64,000 nucleotides of DNA from Squalus acanthias. Taxonomy: Eukaryota. The notes beneath the pieces were generated by a model that was given only the letters and a program-made list of their open reading frames with translations, searched no databases and had not been told where the DNA came from. Of this stretch, positions 47,010 through 59,590 are shown in pieces (position 1 is the first letter of the stretch; the number at the start of each line of letters is the position of its first letter). A program made the translations under genes and the position numbers. The DNA lies in assembly GCA_030390025.1 (NCBI GenBank), contig JASTWF010000351.1:310001-374000 (forward strand), written 5' to 3'.

Positions 47010-48000
47010 TGACCGTCTCTTGGATGTGAGTGCGGATTTTACTCTGTATCTGTCATCTCTGGAATGTGAGTGTTCTTTTATTTCACTATCTTCAGTTTCT
47101 GATATGCATATCTTGGATTTATTATGCACCTGTGATCTTCTGGTATGTGAGTGTGAGTTTCACTCTGTATCTGACAGTCTCTGGTATGTGAGTTTGGTTT
47201 TATGCTGTACCTGTCATTTTCTGTTGTAAGAGTAAGGATTTTATTCAGTACCTGACAGTTTCTGGGATGGGGGTGTGGAATTTAGTCTGCATCTGTATGT
47301 CACTGGTTTGTGAGTAATGGTATTAATCTGTACCTGTTATTCTCTGGTGCCTGAGTTTGTTTTCCTCTTTATCATTCAGAGTCTGGAGTGTGAGTGTGTG
47401 CTTTACTCTGTACCTGTCAGTCTCTAGGATGTTATTTTGTATCTGTCAGCTCCTGGTGTGCAAGTTTGGATTTCACTCTGTACCTTTCTGTCTCTTGTAT
47501 GTGAGTGTGGTGTTATCTCTGTAAATGTCAGTTTCTAGTACGTGAGTGGGGTTTTATGCTGTACCAGTTTCTGTTATATGAGTAAGGGTTTTAATCAGTC
47601 GCTACCTGTTTCTGGTATGGGAGTGTGGAGTTTAGTCTGTTTCTGAAATTTTATGCTTTTGGGTGTGGGTTTCACCCTATACCTGTCACTCTCTGGGATG
47701 TGAGTGCGAGTTTCAATCTGTATCTGTCAGTCTCTTTTAAGTGAGTCTTGATTTTATCGATACCTTTCAACCCAGTATGTGAGTGTGGGTTTTACTCTAT
47801 ACCTATCTGTCTCTAGGATGTGTGTGTGGATTTTACTCTAACTCAGTTCCTAGTATATGAATGTAGTGTTTTGTCTGTACCTGTCAGTTTCTGGTGTGAT
47901 TGTGGATTTTACTTTGTACCTTTCTGTCTCTGTTTTGTGAGTGTGTGTTTTATTCTGTAGCTGTCAGTTCTGCTACTGTTTGTGCGTGTGGGATTGATTA
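47010..48000. repeat. 41-bp TG-rich minisatellite
   Basis: Same unit as at 36860-38480. Confidence 0.75.
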
Positions 48001-50784
48001 TTTACTGTTTCTTCTGCCTGTGATAATTGGATTAAGGCCAGTTCTGTGTCTCTGTGCTCTGTGACTGATAATGTACTTACATGTGTGTGAGAAGGAGCTG
48101 CCTGCGCTGTTCCTTGTGTTCCGGGTGGAGGAAAGATCACATTTATTGTGGCTCTTTGAAGTATTTTGCTATGAGATTAATAATACGAGAACAATATTAG
48201 TGATAAGATAACGACAGATTCCGGGAGAATATAAAAATACAGTTATAATTAATGTGTCTGTTTATAATGAAGTAAATTATCTGGAGACAGGAAACCGCGA
48301 TACAAACAGTGACATTGTCTGACCTCACTGCAGTACAGCGGCACTCGGAATCTCCACACCAGTTGTGTAGGACGGATCTATAATAAGTTATCAGCATCCA
48401 GACACAACCCAAACCCAGCACTGGACCATGAATAGGATCACCCGATTGCATAGTCCAGGATTTAATCTCCCATTCCAATGGAACTACCTGTAAAATTCAG
48501 AATGTCTTCCGAGAATATAACCACAGGTACCTGGGCTGTACAAACAATTGTTTTCAGTCTAATGAAACCGAGTTGAGGACCTGTGTAGTTAACAGAATGT
48601 CACGGAGCCCGGATCCTGATGTATCTGAGGGATCTGCAATGTATCTCTCGATCACCAGCAGCACGGTTCTGGAGAACTCAACGCATCGGAAGTAAATATC
48701 CGATTTTTGAAATATATTCTTTCACACTTCTCACCTGGTGCCTGAAATAGATGCACTTTGTGAAACTGCTCACATCCTCACTGTCAGGCTGTTCACTGTC
48801 CAACAACAACAGACACGGTGTGATTGGAACTGAATCAGGAAGATCCAATACTGATTTGGGGAAAGAAAGCAGGAATGATTTGAAAGAGCGAAGTGATTTA
48901 CTTTCTATGTTACCTTACACTGTACACACACAGCCCGAGAATGGCCTCTCCCTTCCCCCACTCACTCCATGTTCCGGAACTAGTTCAGCTCCACTCTGCC
49001 TCTTTCAAACATTCCCCGGCTGCCGCTGAAATTGCCCCGACTCAAAGCCCGTCTGCGAACACTGTCCCAATGCGAGGTGCTGCTGTGAGGAGGCTGCAGT
49101 TTGCTCCCTTACTCGGGCCCGTGATATCTCCGCTCCCTGATGTGTTCAACCATCGTCAGCCGAGCACAGAGGAAACGGCCCCCGCTGGCAGAGCTGGGGG
49201 AGGGGAGCTCACAGGGTCCATTCCTGTCGCTTTAAACTCTGTCCGGAGAGAGGGGGAGGAGCAGGCGTTATTTATCACGCTTGCTCAGACCTTTCTTCCT
49301 GACACACAAATTAAATAAAGCAACAACAACAACAACTTGAATCTGTATAGCGCCTTTAACGGAATAAATCGTCCCAATGAGCTTGAAAGGAGCGTTGTCA
49401 AAGAAACATTGTCACCGAGACAGATAAGGAGATATTAGGAGAGGAGAAAGCGACTCTGGACTTACGTCAGTGGCTGCCGGTGAGTGTGAGAGCGACTCGA
49501 ATCCTGTCACTTGGAGCGATTTGTTTCCCCAATACTGTATGGAACAATGGAGAGGAACAGGCTCTGTCAATCTCTGATACTGAACTGCTGGTGAGTGGGG
49601 AGTTCATTCAGTCTCTGCCTGTCCCCGCTGGGTGAGTAGGCGACAGATACCTGACAAGTTCCCGGGCCTGTGCGATGTCACCCCAGGTGTCTGTCTCTGT
49701 GCCTTGTGTACAGGATCAATCCTCAATCCCTCGATTCCCCAGCCCTGCCTGTTATATCTGGATAGTTGCTGAACATCTCAGTTTTCGGTCTATTGAAACC
49801 GAGTTCAAGGCAAGTGCGGTGAACAGAATGTTTTATTATTTCTGTGAATAATACTATAATCTAAAAGCAGGCTAGGATCGACACAACCAAACGGTGACAC
49901 GTTCCTCCCCTAAATCTCGCTAACAGAGAGTGCGTGGAGCGCCTGGCTCAGTGTATGAACTTTAAGGCTGAGACTGTCTTTCTGTCTCTCTCTCTCTCTC
50001 TGGTTGCTGTCTCTGGATGTTGAGAGTGGAATGTATAGGACACCAGTTACTCTGCTCTGTTCCTCAGTTTCGGAGAGAGAGACAGGGAAAGGCTAGAGGG
50101 GCGGTGAGATCATCATTTCTATTTTCATATAAATCAAACCTATTTCTGCCTGCGAACAATATAATAACTTCAAACCAGATATGGGTGAACACAGCCAGAG
50201 CTTTGATTGGCTCCTGCCCCTGAATCTGGGGAACAGACACTGTGAGGAGCGCCGGCCTCGGGGTGTTTAACACTGACTGAGCTGGGAAACTCCAACTAAC
50301 CCCGAGAATCGGCAGCACAGGCCGAGCGGAGAGGAAAACCTGTCCTGGGAACTGTAAATCTGGGAACAGATTGTGCTGTGAATGAGCAGAGTGAACATTG
50401 TGTCAGCGAGAGTGTGTTAAAGGAGCGGGCGGGTTAGACTAATGTCAGTGTGTTTGTGTGTCCGCTCTCGTCGCCGGATTTCAGACACCCTCTGGTGTAA
50501 AATTCAAAGATTTCCCTGTCATAGGATCGCTCTGCTCCCCTGCTCAGCCCCGAAGTGGGAATTAAACGTGAAGTTTTAGTTGATTTCAATTTCTAGCCGA
50601 AAAACAGCGAACATTTCCGCGATCGGGTGCAGCAATGAAACGCCTTTAAATCGAAATTGCTGCCTTTAATTCTGATGAAACTTTCTCGACAACAAAGATC
50701 CCTGTCTTCGAGACAGAAAGAGTCCAGTCTGGGAATCTGGAGTGCCCGAGTTTAATTGGAATCGGAGAGTTAATGAGGAGAGAG

Positions 50785-50860
50785 AAACACAGAGAGGCTG
50801 GAGGGGCCGGGTGCTGACAGCAAGATGTCTCCGCCCCGTCCGCTCGCTGCCTTTAAGTTG
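50785..50860 (+). promoter_or_regulatory. Histone H1 promoter (H1/AC box, G-rich box, TATA-like element)
   Basis: AAACACA at 50785-50791, then GGAGGGGCCGG, then CTTTAAG near 50851, upstream of the H1 ATG. Confidence 0.6.
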
Positions 50861-50935
50861 CTCTGTGCCGCCGCCTCTGGTTTCATTTCTGAACCAGCTC
50901 TGACTGTCAGAGAGATTTTCTACAGAGCCGCGGAC

Positions 50936-51586
50936 ATGACTGAGACTGCAGCCGCCGAAACGGCTCCTCCTGCCGCCGCCGCTCAAACTAAGTCTCCCAA
51001 CAAGAAGAAGAAGGCGACTCCCCGCTCCAAGACAACCGGTCCCACGTTGGGCGAGCAGATCCTCAAGGTTGTGGCGAGTGGCAGCGGTCGCAAGGGGATG
51101 TCCCTGGCCGGGATAAAGAAGGCTTTGGCTGCCAACGGCGTCGATGTGTTGAAGCTCCGGTCCCTGATCAATTTAAGCATCAAGAGGAAGGTGGGAAACG
51201 GCTCCCTGGAGCAGACCAAGGGCACGGGCGCTGCGGGCTCCTTCAGGCTCGCTAAGAAGGATTCCCAGCGGAAAGAGGGAAAGAAGCTGAAGAAACCAAC
51301 AGCCAAGAAATCTGCAGTAAAGAAACCAGCAGCCAAGAAATCTCCAGCCAAGAAACCAGCAGCCAAGAAATCCTCAGCCAAGAAACCAGCAGCCAAGAAA
51401 TCTCCAACCAAGAAACCAGCAGCCAAGAAATCTCCAGCCAAGAAACCAGCAGCCAAGAAAACGATCACCATGAAGGCAGCAACGTCAAAAAAGACAGCGA
51501 AAGCGGCGGCTGGGAAGAAGGCGGCGGCGAAGAAGCCCAAGAGCCCCAGGAAGGCCACAGGCGGAATGGTGAAGGTGGCCAAGTAG
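50936..51586 (+). CDS. H1: Histone H1 (probably truncated by a premature TAG; ancestral stop at 51656-51658)
   Basis: MTETAAAETAPPA..., globular domain ending in LEQTKGTGAAGSFRL, KKPAAKKSPA repeats, and stem-loop GGCTCTTTTCAGAGTC at 51690-51705. Confidence 0.88.
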   Translation: MTETAAAETAPPAAAAQTKSPNKKKKATPRSKTTGPTLGEQILKVVASGSGRKGMSLAGIKKALAANGVDVLKLRSLINLSIKRKVGNGSLEQTKGTGAAGSFRLAKKDSQRKEGKKLKKPTAKKSAVKKPAAKKSPAKKPAAKKSSAKKPAAKKSPTKKPAAKKSPAKKPAAKKTITMKAATSKKTAKAAAGKKAAAKKPKSPRKATGGMVKVAK

Positions 51587-51907
51587 GTGGAAAAACCAAG
51601 GGCCAAGGCCAAGCCCAAATCAGCAAAGTCTCAGAAAGCAGCGACCAAAACAAAGTAAAAAGGACAACTTGTAAACATCTTAACACAAAGGCTCTTTTCA
51701 GAGTCACTCACGTCTTTCAAAAAAGAGCTGATCGCGGAATCAGATGATCCATCTCCCGGGGCCGGGCTCAGATTCCCGATTGAATTCATTTCAAATGAAC
51801 CCCGGCTCCCTGGTGACTCGCTGACATTCGCTGCACCCACCCCTCCCCCAGTGTCTGCAATATAACACAGAGAGATTGGGATGTCCGGGCCGTGCCTCAC
51901 TCTAACT

Positions 51908-51929
51908 GGGGGGGGGGGGGGGGGGGGGG
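51908..51929 (+). repeat. Poly-G tract (22 nt)
   Basis: Directly visible in the sequence. Confidence 0.9.
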
Positions 51930-52330
51930 CGGTGTTCGGCTCCAGTTTCAGTTCATGGTCATTTTCATTTCACAGGTTCAGGGTGAGAGTCTCTGTGAGA
52001 CGCTGACACTGGCGGAGATACCCCGCGTCGCAGCTCAAACCCTAACACATGAGATTCTACAAATCAACTGAACGAAGGTGTTTGTAAACTGCTGAACCCG
52101 TCTGTGAGGGGAAGTGTGGGGAGATGGAATCAGGTCAGAGATTGACATGGAAGGTGACGGGTTGACTTGTGATAGAAGGGACAGTATATAGGGGGGAATA
52201 TTACTCATTGTTAATTGCCAGCCAATCAGTGCTTGGGGCGGTCCCTCACACAGTTTAAAAAGACAGACGGACAGCAGATTCCGCATTCAGAGTTCCTGAG
52301 TTGCAGATTGTGCTGAGACCGATTCAGACA

Positions 52331-53551
<1,221 letters not shown>

Positions 53552-54332
53552 ACTCACCCTGCCCGGCTCCAGACTTTAGCACCAAATACAACAACGGCTC
53601 TTTTAAGAGCCATCAAATCAGCAAAAGAAAGAGCTGCGATCGGCGCAAGGCAAACTGGACTATGCACACCCCGTGCAGGTCTTGTAGTGTTACTGTAACT
53701 GGGGATTTATTAAGTGGTGGCAGTGAATATCTGAAGGTGCGGGTTTGATCTCGGTTGAAATGTGAATGAGCTGCCCAGTAGACTGAGTGCACCCGCCCAG
53801 TGTGGGTCGGAAACTGAGTGGGAGCTCTGATAGTTAATTGATCCAACTCCACATATCGGAATAGATTATCGAGAGAGAACGAGGTGCCTGAAGTCTGAAT
53901 ATCCCCTTTAAAATCAACTATTAATGCGGGGACAGGTGGGAACTTCAGTTACTATTTGGAATATTTTGAATTAACCAGAGCTGTAATTCTGGTTCCATCC
54001 TGTATTCAAATTAAGAGAGAAAAAAGTTTGTATGGATCAAGGTGTTCAGGATGTTTATACTTCTCCCTATGGAATTATTGCCCGAATCAGGAACGGTAAC
54101 CGCTCATTCCCTTTATACTCGGTTCTTAACATCCGTTCATATTCGATACTCCCAACAACGTGTTCAATGATGGCCGCTCACGTTAAGGTAACAGCATACC
54201 CGCTGCAGTGTTTGTCGATCTAGATTTCTACATGTTAGACAGACACTGTCCTGTTTATAACCGAAAATGCCTGAACAGTAACCAGCCCTTTCACAGATAC
54301 AGTGGGTGTCTCTGAAAAGAGCCTTTGGGTTA

Positions 54333-54743
54333 TTAGATTAAATCTTGTCCGCTTTTCTTGCTCTTGGAGCTGGCAGTGCTGGTTTTCTTGGGCAGCAGCA
54401 CTGCCTGGATATTAGGCAGCACTCCGCCCTGAGCGATGGTCACCTTTCCCAGCAGCTTGTTGAGCTCCTCGTCGTTGCGGATGGCCAGCTGCAGGTGTCT
54501 GGGGATGATGCGGGTCTTCTTGTTGTCGCGGGCCGCGTTGCCGGCCAACTCCAGGATTTCAGCGGTCTGATACTCGAGCACAGCAGCCATGTAGACCGGG
54601 GCTCCGGCACCCACACGCTGAGCGTAGTTGCCCTTTCGCAGGTGCCTATGAACGCGGCCCACAGGGAACTGCAGTCCGGCCCGGGAGGAGCGGGACTTGC
54701 CCTTGGCCCGAGTTTTACCGCCGGCTTTTACTCTTCCAGACAT
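54333..54743 (-). CDS. H2A: Histone H2A (divergent, stop codon lost, possibly pseudogenising)
   Basis: MSGRVK...[17 protein letters not shown]...[22 protein letters not shown] at 54743. The stem-loop at 54308-54323 has one mismatch. Confidence 0.88.
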   Translation of the reverse strand: MSGRVKAGGKTRAKGKSRSSRAGLQFPVGRVHRHLRKGNYAQRVGAGAPVYMAAVLEYQTAEILELAGNAARDNKKTRIIPRHLQLAIRNDEELNKLLGKVTIAQGGVLPNIQAVLLPKKTSTASSKSKKSGQDLI

Positions 54744-55759
54744 TTCCACAATCCACACGTTCACAGAAAGAATGGAAATCTCCTCCCACATCTGCCCTTC
54801 TTATACCTTCTGTAGGAATGCAGCGAATGATCTTCTGATTGGTCGCTCTCTGGTTAATTTCATTGTCTGCTTTTCCCTCCAATGAAAAGAGAGCGGAAAT
54901 AACAGTGCTCAACCGTTAGACCGCCAACGATTTTTTAATTTCAGAAATCCCGCCAATATTTTCCTAAACCAGCGATATAAGTTAATAAATTCACTATTAG
55001 CCAAAGATTTGCAAACAATTTTTATTCCTTTTGTATTATTCCATCTCTCCCTTGCAAATTCCAGGCTGTTACAACCAGGATTCATTTCGGGTTCAATTTT
55101 CAGCTGAAATAGGCGGGAATCAAACGCCATTGATTCTGCACATTCCAGCTCAAGCTTTGTAAAAGTGAGGTTTCACAGATTATCGATCGATCCTTTGCAC
55201 AGGCCCTACTGCGGGGGTGAAACCAGAACTGGGAGTCCTTCTGTGAGAAGAGAAGAGGGACAGAGTGTTCAAACTGTCCCCGTTCTGGTCTCTGTAAGAA
55301 CTCCCATTCTTGGTTGTTCGTCTGTAAGAAGTTTCGTGATAATAAACCTACAATATTTATTATTAAAAAAACCTGAAAAGTGCTGGGGAGAGAACGAGAT
55401 TACTGAAATCCGAGTTTCATCCCGAAAACAAGCTCTTAATTCGTCGGCTGGCGCTGCAAATGACCGTGTCTGAGTGCAGAGGGAAAGAGCGAACAGGGAC
55501 CGGGTTTGTATTTTATTTGGCGGGAAATACAACAGCGACGCTAATGTCGATCCGGTCAGTGAAACTGCTTATCTGAGAATTCAAAACTAAATCTATAGCT
55601 GGAAATTCAAAGGTTCTGAAACACAATTGTTCAGGAAATAATTACAGTAAATTGAGTCTAAAGGGAGATGCGTTTGTGTAGCTCTTTCAAAGAGATTGTG
55701 GGTGGCTCTTAAAAGAGCCGTTGTGTTTTGGGGTCGTTCTTTCAGGACAGCGTGGAATT

Positions 55760-56134
55760 TTACTTGGAGCTGGTGTACTTGGTCACCACCTTTGTCCCTT
55801 CCGACACGGCGTGCTTGGCCAGCTCCCCCGGCAGCAGCAGGCGCACGGCGGTCTGGATCTCCCGGGAGCTGATGGTGTGCCGTTTATTGTAATGGGCCAG
55901 GCGGGAAGCCTCACCCGCAATGCGCTCGAAAATATCGTTCACAAACGAGTTCATGATGCTCATGGCCTTGGAAGAGATGCCGGTGTCGGGGTGAACCTGC
56001 TTCATCACTTTGTAGATGTAGATGGAGTAACTCTCCTTCCTCGACTTTCTGCGCTTCTTGCAGCCCTGCGCTGCCGGTTTGGTGACGGTTTTCTTGGCGC
56101 CCTTCTTGGCAACCGGTTTCTTCTCCTCAGGCAT
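55760..56134 (-). CDS. H2B: Histone H2B (intact ORF, 124 aa)
   Basis: MPEEKK...KYTSSK* with a perfect stem-loop at 55704-55719. Confidence 0.93.
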   Translation of the reverse strand: MPEEKKPVAKKGAKKTVTKPAAQGCKKRRKSRKESYSIYIYKVMKQVHPDTGISSKAMSIMNSFVNDIFERIAGEASRLAHYNKRHTISSREIQTAVRLLLPGELAKHAVSEGTKVVTKYTSSK

Positions 56135-56215
56135 TCTCAATCTCGATTTCAGAAACAAAATGACGCAAACCCGCTCCGCGCTCGGAGATTGCCCCTACAG
56201 CCCTATGCTAATGAG

Positions 56216-56303
56216 AAGTCGCACAACACCAGGTTATAGTCCAACAGATTTATTTAAAATTACAAGCTTTCGGAGCTGTCGCCCCTTCGTCAGGTAAAGG
56301 TAC
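56216..56303 (-). mobile_element. Short PLE terminal-repeat/hammerhead insertion in the H2B promoter
   Basis: AATGAG is duplicated at 56210-56215 and 56304-56309. The paralogue at about 42480 is empty (CCCTATGCTAATGAGGGATGG). Confidence 0.85.
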
Positions 56304-56589
56304 AATGAGGGATGGGTGAAGGCAATGATTTTTATTGGTTGGTTAGGAGTGATGTCAATTTCCATTGTTCTACAACCCTCTGATTGGATTTTTTAAGTAT
56401 CCATTCAGATTGAGTGTTTGCTACCAGCACGCCCATTGCAGTCAGAAAGTTCAGTCCAAGTGCAGAGGAAGCATCATCTGCCCATTCCCCATTTCCCAGA
56501 CCATTATCCAGGGCCCCAACCAATTTAGATTACTTCCTCCAAAATGTGCATTATATTCAAGCCTTGCGGTGTGGCCACGCCACATTAGT

Positions 56590-59500
56590 TCAGTATCTGC
56601 CAGTCACTAGTACTGTGTGTGTGTGTGTGAATAGTTCTGTATCACTCAGTCTCTAGTGATTAATGTAAGTATGGGAATCATTCTCAATCTCAGTCTCTGA
56701 TACAGTATGTGAGTGTGGGATCCATTCGTTTCCAGTCTGTCACTGGTACCATTTGTCAGGGTGGGAATCCATCTGTATCCGTCAGATTCTGGTACCGTGT
56801 GTCAGTGTTGGGATTCATTCGGAATCTGTCATTCTCTGGTACTGATTGTGTGTGTGGGAGTCATTCTGTATCAGTCAGTCTCTGGTAGTGATTGTGAGTG
56901 TGGGAGTCATTCTGTATCAGTCAGTCTCTGGGACTGTGTGCGAGTCTGAGATTAATTCTGTCTCTGTCAGTTTCTGATACTGATTGTGAGTGTGGGACTC
57001 TTTCTGTATCTGTCAGTCTCTGGTACTGATTGTGAGTGTGGGAGTCATTCTGTATCTGTCCGTCTCTGGTTAGTGTCAGACTAGTTCTGAATCAGTCTGT
57101 CTCTCGTACTGTCTTTCAGCGAATGATTCTGCATGAATCTGCTAGTCACTCGGTTTCTGAAAATGGGATTCATACTGCATCTATCAGTCTCTGGTACTTG
57201 ATGTTAGTTTGAGATTCATTCCATGTCTGCTAGTGTCTGGTACTGTATGTGAGTGTGGACTGAATCTATCTGTAAATCAATTGTACTGCATGTGATTGTG
57301 TACTCATTCTGTATCTGTCAGGCCCTCTGATACTCTGTGCCAGTGTGAGATTCATTCTCTGTCTGTCACTCTCTTTTCTGTATGTGCGTGTTAGCGTAAT
57401 TATATATCTGTCAATCTCTGGTACTCTATGTGAGAGTGAAATTCATTCTGCACCAATCAGTCTTAAATGTGGGGTTAACTTTGTCTCTATCATTTGCTGG
57501 AACTGTGTATGAGTGTGTATTAATTCTGGGTCTGTCACCGTCTGATACTCTGTATCAGTGTGAGATTCATTCTGTTTCTCTGCCAATCTGTGATACTGTA
57601 TGTGAGATTGAGACTTATTCTATATCTGTTATTTCCTGGTATGATGCGGAGATGCCGGTGTTGGACTGGGGTGGATAAAATTGAGAGGTCGCACAACACC
57701 AGGTTATAGTCCAACAGTTTTATTTGAAATCACAAGCTTTCGGAGCTTACTACTCCTTCGTCGGGTGAAGTAAAAAGATACAGAATCGCCAAAGCATATA
57801 TAGATAGAGAACAATGCATGTGTACCTTACAATTGCAGACAACTAAATTAAATCATCCTGACTATCTGCCGAGGTGTGATAAAGTTAATCAGGTCAGCCA
57901 GGAAGGTACCACATCAAAGACATAGCAAGATACAACTGAGACAATGAGGTGGAATCGCAGGGGGTCTAACGTGTCAAAAGCTGCCGTCTGTATGTAAAAT
58001 GATAAGCTTTAAAATTTTTACTTTTTTACTGGGAAAATTTTTACTTTTTTACTGGGAATCACATCTGTGAACAAGCCAACGACGACTCGAGTCCGGATCA
58101 CGTCATGTATCGTGACATAAACCCAAGATCCCGGTTGAGACCGTCTTCATGAGTGCTGAACTTGGCTATCAGTTTCTGAACGCAAAATCATCGAGCAGAA
58201 ACTGATAGCCAAGTTCCGCACTCATGAAGACGGTCTCAAACGAGATCTTGGGTTTATGTCACGATACATGACATGATCCGGACTCGAGTCGTCGTTGGCT
58301 TGTTCACAGATGTGATTCCCAGTAAAAAAGTAAAAATTTTCCCAGTAAAAAAGTAAACATTTTAAAGCTTATCATTTTACATACAGACGGCAGCTTTTGA
58401 CACGTTAGACCCCCTGCGACTCCACCTCATTGTCTCAGTTGTATCTTGCTATGTCTTTGATGTGGTACCTTCCTGGCTGACCTGATTAAATTTATCACAC
58501 CTCGGCAGATAGTCAGGATGATTTAATTTAGTTGTCTGCAATTGTAAGGTACACATGCATTGTTCTCTATCTATATATGCTTTGGCGATTCTGTATCTTT
58601 TTACTTCACCCGACGAAGGAGTAGTAAGCTCCGAAAGCTTGTGATTTCAAATAAAACTGTTGGACTATAACCTGGTGTTGTGCGACCTCTCAATTTCCTG
58701 GTATGCCATGGGAGATTGAGATTTATTCTGTTCCTGTCAGTCATTGATCCTGTATTTGAGATTTAGATTAATTGTGTCTCTGTCACTACCTGGTACTGTA
58801 TCAGAGTGTGAGATTCATTCTGCGTATCTGTCAATCTCTGCTACTGTATGTTAGAGTCAGTTTAATTCTGTCTCTCACTATCTGGTACTGTATGTGAGTG
58901 TGAGATTCATTCTGTGTATATATCAGTCTCTGATACCGTATGTGAGTGTGAGATTTATTCTGTACTTTCTCAGTCTCTGATAATCTGTGTCAGTATGAAT
59001 TGATTCTGTATTATTCAGTCTCTGATACTCTACGTGACAGTGAGTTACATTCTGTATCAGTCATTCCTTAATACTCTGTATCAGAGTGGAATTCATTTTG
59101 TCTCTATCATTTTCTGGTGCTGTATATGAGTGTGGGATTCATTCTGTACCTGTCTGTCTCTGATTCTCTGAGTAAGTGTGAGATTCATTCTCTATTTGTC
59201 AGTCTATGATTCTGTATGTGAGAGTTAGATTAATTCAGTATCTGTTAGTCTCTGGTACTGTGTGAGTGTGGGAATCATTCTGTATGTGTCATTCTCTGAT
59301 ACTGTATGTATGAGTGAGATTTATGCTATAAATGTCAGTCTCTTGTGGTCTATCTTGAAATCAGATTAATTCTGTGTCTGTCAGTCTCTAGTACTTTGTG
59401 TGAGATTGAGAATCATTCTGCCTATCTGTCTCTGATGCTCTTGTCATTGTATGATTGATTCTGTATTTGTCAGTGTCTAGTATTGTATGAGACAGTGAGG

Positions 59501-59590
59501 TACATTCTCTGTCAGTCTCTGGAATTTGTGTGATAGTGGGATTCATTCTGTACCAGTCAGTCTTTAATTATCAGTGCCAGTGTGGTATTA
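56590..59590. repeat. About 46-bp TG-rich minisatellite, paralogous to 43010-44670
   Basis: Collinear diagnostic variants are shared with the 43-44.7 kb array. Interrupted by the 1-kb PLE palindrome. Confidence 0.8.
57644..58692. mobile_element. About 1.05-kb fold-back PLE insertion (two ~500-bp inverted arms)
   Basis: Arms at 57678-58178 and 58196-58696 with a 17-nt spacer. The spacer and right arm encode RKIIEQKLIAKFRTHEDGLKRDLGFMSRYMT*. TSD ATTTCCTGGTATG at 57631-57643 and 58693-58705. Confidence 0.92.

Noticed and set aside
43631..47229. Hydrophobic Cys/Val/Ser-rich ORFs resembling membrane proteins
   Set aside because: They are translations of the TG-rich minisatellite.
50825..50935. 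N-terminal extensions on the H1, H2A and H2B ORFs in the track
   Set aside because: They run through promoter or 5' UTR sequence. The canonical starts are 50936, 54743 and 56134.
57644..58692. MITE or DNA transposon with long TIRs
   Set aside because: The arms are PLE 3' sequence including the GIY-YIG end, the termini are asymmetric, and TSD lengths vary between copies.
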